Shown here piece by piece: positions 22,976-37,325 of a stretch of DNA of 64,000 nt; position 1 is the stretch's first letter, and every line of letters starts with the position of its first letter. The DNA is from Podarcis erhardii (lineage: Eukaryota). The DNA lies in assembly GCA_964252035.1 (NCBI GenBank), contig OZ176200.1; one strand, 5' to 3'. A program made the position numbers and the translations under genes. The notes under the pieces are model-generated. The model was not told where the DNA came from. It made no database searches and saw only the letters and a list, made by a program, of their open reading frames with translations.

Positions 22976-25109
22976 TAATATTAATAGGTTTACAGATACT
23001 CATATCCTTTTTGGTATTAAGGTGTTCAGCAGGAAACACATAGTGGATATGTAGAACATCCAGCCAGCCACGTAATGTCTGCATTGGCCCTGAATTCAGT
23101 GAGCAAAGTAAACTTGAATGAAAGTTCCACAGAACATTAAAAAGTCCCCTCAAAAAGCTACTAGGGCTTTCTCTGAATATTTTGCAACTGTTCTTAAATG
23201 ACAGCATCAATGCCTTGGTTTGTACAGACTTCAGATAATGGAAGAATCTTGATATATTTTCAACCCACATCCACAACAAACTGTTTCTGATCTAACCTGA
23301 AACCAGAAGTAGGCTAAACACATATAAGCTAGTTACAATATTTCAAGACCTATTTAAATGACATAGACCTTGAACTCCTGCAGTAAATTTCTGCTCAGAA
23401 GCTCAATGAAGAGTAACAAGACATGCTGTACCATTACCAGTACAACATGCAATGTCATAAGAAGGTGAGTTTCTTCCATTCTGAACACCATGATCCTTTT
23501 TATTACCCTTCTCAAGCTCTAATCAAGAAGAAGTTTGCAAAGGTTTACAAAATATATATCCCCAAGTGCATGAGAGTTTTTGTCTTGCTTGCAATGCTGA
23601 CTTTATAATCACATGGTTACACTAAAAAATTCAGTTGCCAACCCTTTTAAGGTCTGCTTTTATTGGCATTTTATCTTGTATCATTTTGTGTAAGCTGCTT
23701 ATATTTTTTATGAAGCTACATATTAATAATGATAAATAAAGAAATCTACCATGGATATAAAGTTAATCCCAGATGACATGTGCATTGCCTCTAACCTATT
23801 GTGGTTTTCAGTTCTTGGGATTTCCTACCTTAACCCATGAATCTGAAAACTTGCCCAATTGGGACTAGTAACACCTAGGACTCTTCTTACAAAATAATAA
23901 ATGTCTTCATTCAATAGTTATGCTCATTGCTCAATGTTTGGAAATCACACAAATTATTGCAAACACACTGTCATCAACGAGTCTTAAGTATCCATTAAAG
24001 TTTTCAATCAAATTCCAGATTCAATACGACACCAGAAATGGCACACAATAAAATCATGGCATGCTTGATAACAACAAAATATGGTAAAGGGCTATTTACC
24101 TATTTTCTAACATGGCTCCCAGTGCTTAATAATGCCTGGTCTAGAATCCTAGATGACTTAGATTAACATCATCATTCAACTCAAAAGGGGAATTAACTAT
24201 CTCTTTCAAAATCATCCATGCATTGAAAGAGAGAGGATCAAATGCATGCTTCAACTTGCAGCATAAGCTGTCATATTTTGTCTCAACATCTGGCATTGCT
24301 TAAGTTTCTTATTCCATATGTAAGCAGTGCTAATAAATCACTGCTTTGGGAGTTCACATTTGAAGAATGCCACTACTGAGATCTTCCCCCAAGCAATCCA
24401 AAGTAGCAGAGGAAAAATTTCAGCAATGTCTTTAACAAAATCCCTCAAAATCAGAACATTATTGAATTATTAGTCAACACTGTATCTAAGTAGCCTGACT
24501 CTACCTCATCTTTAACTGTGTGCTTTAGGACTTCATCCCATGGAACTCTTAGCTCTGTTTCCCTTTCATCGCAAATGGAAGTAAATTTTGCTGCCTTGAT
24601 TTATCCATCTATTTTAGGTAATGAGTCCATAGGCTAGCAACATTCATGGAAAACAGATCTATTAGCCACAATGGCTATTTGGAACACCCATGTTTAGGGG
24701 TTGCTTGTCTGAAACCTGAAAGAACATGCTCAGGAGGCATACCTTTGCCACCACAACTCTTCCTGGCAGCCACTATCTCACCCAACCCACCCAGCCCCTG
24801 AATGAGGACATGGGTACACAGAAATCTTTCTAACAGAAACACCACACATCATGTAGTGTCACCCTGATGAACCTTTAGAGGAACAAATGGCAGCTGTTTG
24901 TGGAGGGATGTCTCCCATTTCACCGCCCACAGGTGGAGCAGCAAAGTAGGAGGGCATTTCATCTCAATCATAACTCATAAACAATATTTTTAACAATTTA
25001 GATTTTAAAACCATGGGCCTTAAGTATTTTTTTTTAAAAAAACCCCCACAGATCATATATTCTAAAAAGTTTTCAACCACCATCTAAAAATGCAACTGTT
25101 TTTCAAAGG

Positions 25110-25290
25110 AAGGAAAATTAGCCATCAAAAAGGCTCTGCCTCTTGTTGCTCCCGGCCTGATCACACAATAGGACAAAAACCATAGCCTTCAATGGCAATC
25201 AGGAAGGCCAGGTCACAATTTGTGTACTTATCAAAACATAATTGCTCTGAAATATGCTTAGGGACAATGCATTACCCAGAAAAGCCCTCT
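25110..25290 (-). mobile_element. Decayed L2 fragment
   Basis: aaggctctgcctcttgttgctccc...ggaaggccaggt resembles antisense L2 3' ORF2. Confidence 0.4.
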
Positions 25291-27344
25291 GCTAAAAACC
25301 TTACTCTACCCACAGGGAGTCTGGCTACTTCCACTGCAGGAAACAGAGTCAAGAAAAACTCTCTGGGATAGCCTCAAATGACTTTTATAATCTTAATTAC
25401 TGGTCCCTCCGTGCTCTATTTTACCTGGCTCATCTATTGCAGTACCTTATTCAAGTAGCTTAATGTGAAGGGAACATCCTATGCTCTCACCTCATGGCTT
25501 TTCACTCTCATCTCATATAAAGTAACAGAAACTCCACATCATTAACCAAGGTAACAGATGATTGAACTGACAAAATGCAGGAGAATGGCAACAGCAGAGG
25601 AAAAATAGGTCTGTTTGGAAAGCCCCAGAAGCCAAAGCAATGAACCACCACTGTGGAAGCTGTGGCTTTTCCAATAAATACAAAAATTACTCCAAGGATG
25701 AGTGGAGAAGCTCCAACTAAGCCAACATTTATAGTACTCCCAACAGTGAAGTATTTATGAGCTATCTACAAAAGACATGGTCTGTTAGCAGAAAAGCAGA
25801 CAGCAGCTGCAAATCATATTGTTGACAATCATCTTATTGTTTTCCAGGTTTCCTTACAAGAAACTGGTAGGGCTCTTGCACAGAAGTTGATTCTACCATT
25901 AGCCACCATGGCACATTAATCTGAACACAGCAAAAACATCTATTTCAGTATTCTATTAAAAGTGGCTGCACATGCTTTGAATTGTTTGTCCTAAGACAAA
26001 ACAACATTTTAGAACTATAGTACTTTTCTGTCCTCGCAAATAAAAGAGATAGCAAAAATGTTCCGGAAAATGTATGCATAGGATCATTATTACAATGGAG
26101 TTAGCTGGAGATTTGGAATTGGTGTAATCCAGATTCTCTTATATTATTCAGCAATTAGAAAGAGATTCTTAACAAATGGTAAGTATGTACAAGAAAACAT
26201 AGCTATGATGATCGGCAAAGCTCAAGTCTCCAAGCAAGTGCTAGTTCTGACATCCTTTTCCTGTTCACAATTAGCTTTGCTCCATTGTTCTCTATATTGT
26301 CTTCCAGGTACACAATCCCACTTTCCATTGCCAACATCATCTCATCCAACACCTTCCTTAGGCTTTCATCACCTCTAACCTTTCTTTTCTTACCTTCTTT
26401 ACTTGGCTCAGCAGCTGACCCTACCACAGATGCATTTGCCTTGGCCAGTCCTTCCTCTACACTTAAATTTTCTACTTCCTCCAACTTTCCTTCCCTGGCT
26501 GCTTTACAGTCAGCTATCTTCATAATTACAACAGATGGCAATTGGTTGCATACAAATACAATAAAAATACAATATATTGGCCACAATGCTTGTCTGGGGT
26601 TTGCCCCAGAGGAGGATGCACCCAATGGTTTCAGGGCCCAAAGTCATGTGTCATCACGGCATGCAAGTAGGAGTCAGATGTGATATATTGACTCAACTAA
26701 ATATACAGTATTACATAAGTGCTATTTAGCAAAACTGAAATGAATATGCATAAATAGATGTGTGGGATTCCACTAATGAGTCCCATCAGAAGCCCTGCCC
26801 CAGGACGTCTGCTTGCACAACTGTCTTCCCGTTTCCTTCTGCGAGAAATTATATTGGGTGGTTCCAGAGAACCCCCAGAGCAGCACACAAGGGGAGGAGA
26901 CGAGGGTTCGTTCCATTTGGCAAACCCAAATGCTTGCCCTGATGGAAATATCACCATATTGCAATGCTGAATTACTCTCAAATAAGGATAGCAACATCAA
27001 GATGTTGAGGTGTAGTTAACTAAGCTTCCACTATGTATATTTAGAGATTAGGCTGGAACACCTTGAGATGGAAAAATATTCAAATTTAGTCCTTAACTGT
27101 GCAAACATTTCATCTGCACTTGCATACCACCAATGTGTCAGTGCCAATTTAAGGCATACACATGTAACCCTAAACCTGCATATGGAACAAAGAAGATCTG
27201 AGAATTTGTACAGAGGTTAACTGTACAGATTGCACACTTGCAATCCTTCAACTTCAAGGAACACACGCCTCTCCTATCCTGGTTATACCTCTGCTGCAAC
27301 TTGTGGTTGCTGCTGGGAATGCCTAATTCCCTGTCCATCTAATG

Positions 27345-27580
27345 CAACTAATGTTGTGATTAGACAGGTGAGCCAAGTTTATTTACTGAACCAGGAAGAT
27401 CTAGGATCAAATTCCTGCTTTGTCATGAAGCTCCTGGGTAATCTTGGGCAAGTCACCATTATCTCAGCCTAACTTACCTCACAGGCTATAATGAAGTTAA
27501 AATGAGATACTCTCCCCAGGCATGACAACTTGTCTGCTTGCTGGAAAAATAGGGTACAAATCTGATAAAAGAAATAAATC
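27345..27580 (+). mobile_element. Squam3/MIR-type SINE, decayed
   Basis: ggatcaaattcc (B-box-like), catgaagctcctgggtaatcttgggcaagtca, ctcagcctaacttacctcacagg, A-rich tail. Confidence 0.7.
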
Positions 27581-29439
27581 TTGCTGTTCAATGTCACTAC
27601 TGTTGTAAGACAACTCATGACACTCCACTTGAGAGGTGCGCAGTTTTAGATATTAAAGCACTCAGGTACCACTTTGAAAATACTTCTCATACAATTGTGC
27701 CCTGCAAATTAAAAACACTTGTTTTATTTTATATGGAAGGGCAAAAAGTTAGAATTTCCTGAAACAGAAGGCAAATAGAGAAATCCTATTTTTTCCAAAG
27801 GTGTATAGGATCTTTTTACCTCTCATGTTCTCACATTTCTACAGTTATCCTGCACAGTGACTGCTGTAGAATCAAGTGTTATATATAATATTAAAAGGCA
27901 CAGGACTTCAATTGTTCCCAAATAGGGCTTGCTTGGACTTTATCACAGAATTGTGTCCCTTCAGAATACCAGATTTTTCAGAATTGAGTTGCAAGAAGGT
28001 TGTTGGAGGGAAATGCATTTCTTCATAATGGACACATAGATGCAAGACATTAAAAAATGCTCTTTTGTGTTTTTAGCAGAAGTCTCAGATGGAATTATAG
28101 CAAAAGGTTACTTTTTGGTAAACTGTCATGATAAATCATTACACTGCAGGCAACATCTATCTTCCTTTTTAAGCATTACAGAGCTCTTGGCAGTATGTCA
28201 TTTATTTATGCAATCCATTGAACAGGTGGAACATTTATACTATCCTTTGACCAACCCTGAAAAGAAAGTAGGGCTGAGCAAAATCTGTGCCTATATTTCT
28301 GCAGCATTTCCCACTTTGTGTTTCCAGCTAGCTGCTGGATTCTCCCCCTTTAAAAAGCAATTGTGCAAACTGGTGTGCAACATCGCGTGATACCAGGTCA
28401 TGAGAGTTATTGACTAGCTATGTCAATTGTCTATGGGAACGCACATTGGAATACTTTGCCCATTCAGAGAAGGGCAAAGCTGTCAGACATTAGACTAAGA
28501 ATGCCTTTAACCAAAATTAACCTGTGAATTACTAGAGAATATATACCAGGCATTAGAAATTTATAATGCTTAAATGTGGATGACAAAATTTGCATGCCTG
28601 CACTATCTTATGACATATTTAAATTTGTGAAATAAAGTAGCATTAGTTCCAAGTGAAACTTGAGGAGCTGCCCAGGGCACCTGCAATTTTCCACACATAT
28701 TTTCTATGAAATTTCTAAAAGAATGTTTGCAGGTTAGGTCCTTCAGTACAAGCTATTTCCAAGCATCAGCACAGCAAATAATCCAGGAACTACTTTCAGT
28801 GCTTATCAAATCAGTTCAGGAATCTGTCCGGAAAATTATGATATGATCAAGTATTCATTTCAGGAAAAGCCTCTGGCACAGGAACAGAGATTATTGAAGA
28901 ACAACAGCAGGTTTGTGTTGCAAAACCCACTAGGACAAAATATAAATAAAAAATCACCAGAAGCAACTCAAGAAAGAAACTAATAAGCTGTTGTGTTATG
29001 CTGTAAAATTGGGGTTCTTCTGTCCCTTTTTGGAATGGATAGTTTAATCACAATGTCCCTGTTGAAATGTTGTCAGGTTTAAATTTAAAAAATATCTTTA
29101 CTAAAGATCAAATAAATTTTGCAAGATTTCAAGCTTTACAAAGTTCTTCAGTAGGCATAAAGATCCTGAGCTCCTAGTGTAACATAGTGGCTAAGACTGC
29201 TGTATGAACCAAAGGTTTCCCCAGTTAAATCTCATCTTGCCATGGACTCTGCTGGTGGCTTTTGATAAGCTGTCATCTCTTAGTCTGTGACATGAGGTTG
29301 GCAATTTAGCATTTACAGGCAATTTAGTATTTACAGGCAACCCAGGGTATTTACAGGCAACTCTCAGGGTGGCTCAAAACAAGAAAGGTAATGTTTTACA
29401 ACAATAAAAGCATGTATACAGCATTTGCAGTGCATAAAA

Positions 29440-29770
29440 ACGACTTAAAGCTAAGACATAATAAAAGACCTAGGGAAATAAATAGGCCTTTGCCTGGAAC
29501 CAAATAACAGCAAGATTCACATCAATGAGCCTCTCTAGGGAGAATATTCCACAGCCAGGGTGCCATCACTGAAGTTATGCACCTCATAGCCACCTGCTGC
29601 ATCACAACCAATGAGGGTGCATATTGAAGAGTCGTCCAAAGAGGGGCTGTTCTCTGTACAATCAGGGGTCTCTGCCTATGTAGCTACTAAAACAAACTAC
29701 AGATCACGCCTCAATGCAGAGCCAGATATTTGGTTGCAGCTGTCCCAAATTTAACCAGTGATAGCCACAT
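29440..29770 (-). mobile_element. Decayed L2 ORF2 3' region
   Basis: gagaatattccacagccagggtgccatcactgaag is antisense of SVMAPWLWNIL. Typical antisense L2 3' context. Confidence 0.6.
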
Positions 29771-31787
29771 TGTGCAAATCAAAACAGTCCCATACCTCTC
29801 ATTAGAATCTAAGTTCCCAAGCTATGCTTTATCGTTCTTTTTTGATGCCAAGTGACATTTTTGGTTTTGCAACTGTAAAAAAAAATTTTAACTAGCATAT
29901 ATATGTAACATATTGTTGATTTACAATACCTGCTTTGAATTTGTTCTCAGATGTTTTGCCTTACTCTATGTTTTTTGTTGTTGTTTTTTGTTTTGTTTAT
30001 GTAGTTAAGTAAGTTCCTTATTTCTCTGAAATTAGTAGGGAAAGCAACATTTTGAATGAAGTGAAACTTGATGTTTAACATGCCCAAATGCTTAAAAGTA
30101 CCCTCCATCATCAATACTACTATCATTCGGTTCAGTGCCTATGTAGGTGCTAGGTGAAATAGTTTGAGAAAACAATATTAAACTTCCATTTTTAATGACT
30201 TTCAATGGGGAAAAATAAGTTTGGATCAAAAATTTGCTATATGATAAAACATCAACTAACAACTCTGTGACTTTAAAAGTTTGGGAACTGCTGTTGTACA
30301 CAGGTTGCATTTAAAGCACAGCTGAAGCATGTCTTCTCTCAAAGTGCTTAGTGGATCCCTATAGTGGGCCTGCTATAAGCCTGTCCCATAATACTGGTTC
30401 TCTTGCAACATCTGTTGGTGTCCTATAAGAACATTAAGGTGAGGATTGCAGTATGTTTTAAGTGCATTGAGAAATCGTTTACTAGCGGGTCTGGTAACCC
30501 AGCTCTTTGCATTTGTGCAGCCCAGACAGGCACACTAATTATTTGACAGCAAGGGCTATATACCAGATTTCATACTCATTAGAATTTTTCTGTTTTTCCT
30601 ATGCAGGAATCAAAAATGTCTCAGAGTTGTATAAATGAGACAATGGTTCCTTAAAGTACCCCCTCTCCAGAAAATTATAATTAAACTAAGCAAACTTATA
30701 AATAAATGAATGCTGAAAGAATTTTAGACTGGAAAAAAGAACCATGTTCATCATCTTCATACCTCCTCATACAACCAGGCTACTGTCTTTCTCCTGAGAC
30801 ATGGCAGAGACAACATGCAGCCCTAATATCAGGCACAGGTTCAGAGCAGTGTAAGGTTTCCCATTTCCTGATACACTTCAAAAGAATGCCTGTATTGCAA
30901 AGATAGCTTTGTTCTGGTTAGCATCAAGTTCTCAACAGCCTACTGATTTAGAGGGAGTTAAAGCTATCATCCATGCCAGAGAGCACAAACATAGATCAGC
31001 ATGCCTCTATTTCCAATGTTCAGCTGTGTGTGCCGTTGTTTGTGTAGCCAACAAAACACAACCCACAAGCAAGAAGAAGGTACCGTCAAGCTTCAGGGCA
31101 CATCAAGGTTTTCAAAAGTACAAAAACCTTTAGGAAAAATAGCTAATAGTGATCTCAGTTCTAATAGTGATCTCACTTTGCCAAGTGGTGATGACTGGGA
31201 ACAGAACACCGATGGACCATTAAGGGAGAAAATAGAAAACTTTGTAGCAAGCTGCACTTGTAAATTCTAAAGAATGGTGCCTTTTCACAGGCCCATTCTA
31301 AAGCGATATTACACACAAACAAACAAAAATTCTTCTTCTACTGATTTAAAGACTCTTCCAAAATGCTTTACCTGGAAGATAGTCAGAGTATCAGACCCAG
31401 CTCTTGCTTCTAGACACTATGGACTAGTGGTCATTTTCTTAGCTTTTTTTTTTTTTTTTTTGCAGTACTTCCCTTGAAACTACAAGGTTTAAATTTCTCT
31501 TTCCTCAGACAGAATGCACATTGTCTATACAGTAATCTTTTAAAAATCCACTAGAGTTGCAATTTTTATTGGGCATTGGTCTGCTGCCCACTCAAAGCTG
31601 GAAGCAAGCAGTCAGATTTATTCTAAAAAAAATTTTTTTTTAGTTGTCTGCAACCAGTCCTTTTAAAAAGTACCCGTCATTGTGAGGTAGCAGGACCAGT
31701 AAAACAGTGGCTAGCTGGCATCCCTACATGTAATGCTCCTATAAAGCCAAACCTAGTACTGACAAGAGTAGTTTAAAGAAGATGATA

Positions 31788-32024
31788 CAGCTGATACCTT
31801 GGTTTAAGAACAGCTTAGTTTAGGAACAACTTGGATTAAGAACGCTGCAAACCCCGAAGTAGGTGTTTTGGTTCGTGAACTTTGCCTTGGAAGCAGAACA
31901 TGTTCCGCTTCCTGTTGAGTGTTTTCCATTTGTAAACTGAGTCCCCCGCTGCTATGGAAAAGCACACCTTGGTTTAAGAACGGACTTCCAGAACGGATTA
32001 AGTTCGTAAACCAAGGTACCACTG
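31788..32024. mobile_element. Tc1/mariner-superfamily MITE, 237 bp
   Basis: TA TSD at 31786-31787 and 32025-32026. Right TIR AAACCAAGGTACCACTG, left diverged CAGCTGATACCTTGGTTT. About 45 bp of the right end is shared with 22734-22975. Confidence 0.82.
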
Positions 32025-32284
32025 TACTGGACTTCCATAAGGCAATTTACCATGGTTCTGTCATCTAAAATATCAGCAATAAGAATTTCCCAATATCAAG
32101 GAAGCAGACAGGCCATAGCTAAAAACCTTGTGTCTCTTGTGGAGGTCATTTTTGCACTTTCATATGCACTGATCTAATTTATATGTAACACTAAACTGTG
32201 GTTTAGCATTACATGCATGAGCCTCAGGGTCATGAGCTCCCCCCTTCCTTATTCTGCACAGTTACAAAGAGCTCAGAGGCATAT

Positions 32285-32390
32285 TATTATTATTTATTAA
32301 ATTTCTATACCACCCTTCATCCTAGGATCACAGGACAGTTTACAATATAGAAACACAAAAATAACATAGTAACAAATGAAAACAATAACT
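32285..32390 (-). mobile_element. L2-type 3' tail
   Basis: ttatttattaaatttctataccacccttcatcctaggatcacaggacagtttacaa is the reverse complement of an L2-type end. Confidence 0.6.
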
Positions 32391-35256
32391 GCCCCCCCAA
32401 AGGGGCCAGGATTTAGGGAAAGACAACATCATGTTCTACATGGAATAAAACAAAACATTTCCTTTTATTGTTATTAAATTCATAGAGAAATTTCTTAAAG
32501 AAGAAAAAGACACACTACACATCTTGCTTTAAAAAGAAACTATCCATGTTATCAGAAAGATTGTAGGTTTTTCCTTTTATTAAAAGATACACAGTATTTT
32601 GATCTTCACCTCTACTTCAGTTGCCCTGGATTTATGAGGTCACTTTCTTTAACTTCTGCATTTTTCTTCTCTTTCAAGTTCTACTTCCATGCAAATTATT
32701 TCGTCATATACTGTGCACTGGGAAAAATAACAGAGATCTGATTCTGTGGGATTTTTATCAGGTTTTTTAAAATGAGAATATAAGATCTTTACAATATCAA
32801 CTTTATATCCTGCCTTGGAGTCTCAAAATGTTTGTTCTTTCTGATAACATAAATTCCAGTACGGAAGAGTTCTTTGAAGAAAATCTCCTGTCTAGCCATT
32901 TTTGTTTTAGACCAAGTAGAGTTTAATATTTATATTGTGTGATTAAGCCAAGTATCAGTAACCATCCATCAAAGCACCTGCTCCTTATTTTTCTGATAGA
33001 AAACTTTATATAGCTATAGGTACCGTAACAGCTGCACTTCAGTAAATGCTATCAATCAAATTAAAAACAAACTTGGTCAAATGTGGCAATCCCAAGTCAA
33101 AATCCCACCTTAGACATAGTCACACCTGGTCTTTCTATACAGGCAGAGTAAGCAAACAGAACACAGAGAGCAAGTTATGTTTTTTAAAAAATTCTCCACA
33201 TAAACAGAAATCCAATACAGCAAGCAAAGATCTGGACTTGAAGCCTTTGTGCTGATCTGTTACTGCAGATCCCATCTGCATTATACATTTGAAGCATTAT
33301 TAGACCACTTTAAGTAGTCAAAGATATCTAACCTTGCTCAAGAGTTAGCAAGGGCTACCAAACATTGGAGCTAGTGGAAAATCCCCCACCCCCCATTTTA
33401 AGTAATTTCCTCCTCCCATTTTGAGCACTGGATGACACAATGTTTGGTAGGTCCCTCCCCACACAACCATACGAAGAGGTATTTGTGGGGAATTCAGGAA
33501 GCTGCAGAAGGGGGAAGGACGAAAATCCACTTCATGAGCTTGCCTTCTATTTGCACAGCTCTGGATACAACCCAGTGTTTAATGGACTTACTGTTTTAAA
33601 ATTCTTAGCAGCCCTGATAAGTTTTACCTGAAGAACAGCAATCATCAAATAAATAAAAGTAAATATGGAAAACCCCAGACCTCCATTCAATAAAATGGAA
33701 ACAAAATATTTGGAAGACATTCCGTTAATGTCAAATGGGACTAATTTCCACATACTTATCAGAGGAGTGACTCCAATAGGCCATTGTACAAGCGAAACAA
33801 CTTCCACTCACAAAGCAGAACAGGTTGGGGAACTCCTACAGCTGATGGGGGGTGTATAGGGGCATATGGAGAGTAAGAAAGGAACTTGGGTTGTGCTGAT
33901 GAAAGTCACTGGGCTCCTGCAATGATCTGGTTGGATACAACACAGTTTGAGCTAGTATTTTAGCAAGAAATAACAGCTGCAGCTTGCTTGAAAAGCAAAG
34001 TGTTGGTGGAAATTGTCCCCATCCCTCCGAAATTAGAATATATTTTATTCAGACTTTCTGAAACATAATTCTGGACTAGATACTATTCTTAAAGACTTGC
34101 TCTTTGTCTTCAAGTGTAGAAGCATCTGTGGCAAACTGAAACAGGGGACATTTATTAACAGTAGTACCTGCCAAAGTATAGCCCAGGTGAAATGCATACA
34201 ACTAGAGCTCTTAGTTGAAATATATACCCCATTCAAGTGGTCCACAGCCAGTTATTAAAAGGGACTTCTCTGTTGTTGTTGCTGCAATATTGAAAGAGAT
34301 GTTGTTTTGAACAGCACATACACAGTGTTATGTCTTGGACAATTTAGGATACAAAGGTGTGATTGCAAAACCTACTGAAACAAAAAAAATCCAAAATGTA
34401 AAATAATGACTCCATCTTTACATATCATGGACAGGTAGTGTAACTTTTATAGGGAATATCATCAGTGGGAAAAGCTGCATTGCTAGTAGTTTCAGACAGG
34501 TATTTTAAAACAAATTTAAGTTGGCCTCTGATTAGCCATGAAGTTCACCGGATGACACTAGATCAGTCACTCTCTGAACCTACATGTTTTCAGTCTACAA
34601 AAGCAGAGAATAAAACTTGTATAGTAGTAAATTACCCATGATGACAAACCCTCATATGGCAAAATATGCTGGTACATATATTTCCAAAGAACAGGAATGC
34701 AAAGCATAATACTCAGTGTTAGGATCAGCTGACAGTCACACGTGGGCAAACAGTAGTGTAGTAGTTATCACTCTGGACTCTAGCTAGGAATACCCTGTCT
34801 GAGCCTAGCCTACCTCAAATGCTTATTATAGTGTAGGTGTAGGTAATGCACATTTGTGGATGCCACCTTGAGCTCAATGGAAGAAGGATGGGATACAAAT
34901 GTAAACATTAAAGTACCATATAGTGAACAGCCTACTATTTCACATACTGGTGGGGCTCATTTTGAGCTGTTCATAACAGATTGTAGACAATCATATTATT
35001 TTTTAGACATATATTTAATTCAAGGAAGAGACACCTTTAGGTCATTTGAGATTGTGCACCAAAGGCTCTTGCCAGGTAAATGATTAATTCAGAATGGCTG
35101 TTTTCCAATTTCTCAAGTGAACAACACTGGTGAACAGTACTCCTGCTGAGTACTTTTTTCCTGCTGTGAACATGTCCCTCCATGTTCCTGAGTTCAACAT
35201 GGGATACTTTCTTGTCCCCCTTTGCCCCAAGCACCCACCCAGAAAGCTTGCCTTAC

Positions 35257-35421
35257 CTTTCCTTCAAACCTGGCCGTGCTTCCAAGCGGCACCCGGATAT
35301 TCCTTGGAGGTAAAGTAAACGCCGGTGCTTCTGTTGGAGCAGGAGACTTTAGAGAGGAGTGGTCCAGGGTCAAGGTGGCTTTGGAGATCCTAGTAGTCGT
35401 TACCAGTTTCACATCCCCCAT
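35257..35421 (-). CDS. MYLK: MYLK start-codon exon (N-terminus and start of Ig1)
   Basis: MGDVKLVTTTRISKATLTLDHSSLKSPAPTEAPAFTLPPRNIRVPLGSTARFEGK (55 codons) matches the long MLCK N-terminus as recalled. Strong Kozak (AACATGG). Donor AAG|gtaagg at 35256. Acceptor cttgtttttcatctgcttttaaag| puts the exon start at 35429 (8 nt before ATG). Confidence 0.97.
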
Positions 35422-36994
35422 GTTAAGAGCTTTAAAAGCAGATGAAAAACAAGGAAGTACAAATGCCAGTTATTACTTCTATAGGGACACTGTCAAACCA
35501 CAGAGAAAATTAAATTAAATACCCAAGTCTTATTTATTTCAGAGGGAGAAGCAAGTAGGATGAAAGCTGAAAACAGGCAATTGTTTCTCAGAACCCTGAA
35601 GTGTTAAATCTCTTTCATCCAAATCAGTGCAAATTAAACGTGCTCAGGATTATGCCCAATAAGAAGACATTAAACCTATAGGAAAAGGACACCATTGCTC
35701 TGGAAACCCCTTGGCTGCAAGAACAATGAGATTTTTTAAAAAAGAAACCGAACACATAAAATAATTGATCCCTCCTTGTGTGTGAAAAACTGGAGGAATA
35801 ATCAAGCTAAAGCAACTATAAAATAATAACCACAAGAGCTTAATGGGAAAGGGGTGGAGGGGAATCCAGCAACCTGAAAACTACTTGCATCAGTAATAAA
35901 TAAATACAATCGTCTAGACGAAAAGTGTGGTTTTAAAAATGGACTGTCTCCATTTATATGGCTTTTCCAGGACAGGACAGACAAGAATTAACTGTACTAT
36001 AAACAATTTTGCAACAGCAAGCCTCACAATGGGGAAGGGAAATGAACCAAAAGCCTAGAATTATGCCTACAGTAGTTGTGCCTTTTCTTTTCACTGATTA
36101 TACAAACTGATTTCACAAAATGTGATGGCAAATCATCAGGGAAGGAGTTTCAGAAACAACTATGCAGCTGCATTTGGAAAGCTGGAGATTATTTTTTCGC
36201 TGTGATTTTTAATGTCTGCTAGATCAAAGTCATAGTGATTCCATACCAGCCACTGAATCCCCTTATAAATCTCCACACAATCAAATACAGTTTTTGCCTT
36301 GCTGTGGCACCACTCGTCACCAATATGAATTCTAGACCCCACTGAACCTTGCTCTGACTTGCTTTTTATTCTTGTTGCTCTCAGTCTCATTCAGTCCCTA
36401 TATCTACTTGTTGGTCCCTCAAGTATCTTGCAGCAGCTATTTCCAAATTTTAGTAATGCAGTTCTTAAATCCTGCAATGACTTCAAGGCTCTCTTGCCTT
36501 TTGCATGCAGAGGAATCTAGGCCTACTAGAAGAACAGCTGCTAAAATATTTTTTGATAAAGATTTTCTCCACAGTAAGAGCAGGAGGAATCTCTTTTAAA
36601 AAAGGAAAACAGAGGTTAAAATGTTTAAAACATGCAATACCACACAAATTAAGCTTTTTGGCCACCTGGGTAACTAAGCAGCTGGATATCTACATGCCAG
36701 CAAAGCAGACACACCAATAGAACTTTCTTTTTATATTCAGGTAATGGCCACTAGCAACTTGCCTCTAGCAACTTCTTTCATGATTCTCAGAGTGGATTAA
36801 CAATCACTCCCTCTTCACAAGGAATCTGGGAACTGTAGCTCTGTGAGGGGGATAGGGCCGCAGCAGCATTAACAAACTTCAATTCCCAGAATTCTTTGGT
36901 GGAAACCATAACTTTTTAAAAATGGTATCAGGGTTTTAAATATATGTGTGAATGTGGCCTTATCCAGGTGACACTGGGTGTACTGAACGTCAAC

Positions 36995-37325
36995 ATCAAG
37001 GATGGGGGCCAAATCTAGCCCCCTGAGGCCTCTCTACCTAGCCCTCAGAGCTCTCCCAAGGCTACCACCCCCTCAAGCCCTGCCTTGTTCCAGTGTGTTT
37101 TTGCCTAACTCAAATGTGTCCTTGAACTTTGATAACTTTGCTTGCTTGCCTGCCTGCCTGCTTGCTTGGAAGTTAGAAGTAGATGCGTGAGAGTATACAG
37201 ATTAGCTTACTGTACAAATTTAACATTTATGTTCATTGCTTCATCCAATTTTGTCAGTTTTGGCCCTGTGAAGGTTTCCCACAAAGGAATGGGAACCTTG
37301 AGCTGAAAAATGTTTTCTACCTCAG
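36995..37325. mobile_element. hAT-type non-autonomous element remnant
   Basis: gggggccaaatctagccccctgaggcctctct...tggccctgtga...gctgaaaaatgttttctacctc resembles CAGGGGTGGGGAAC-class ends. Decayed. Confidence 0.45.
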
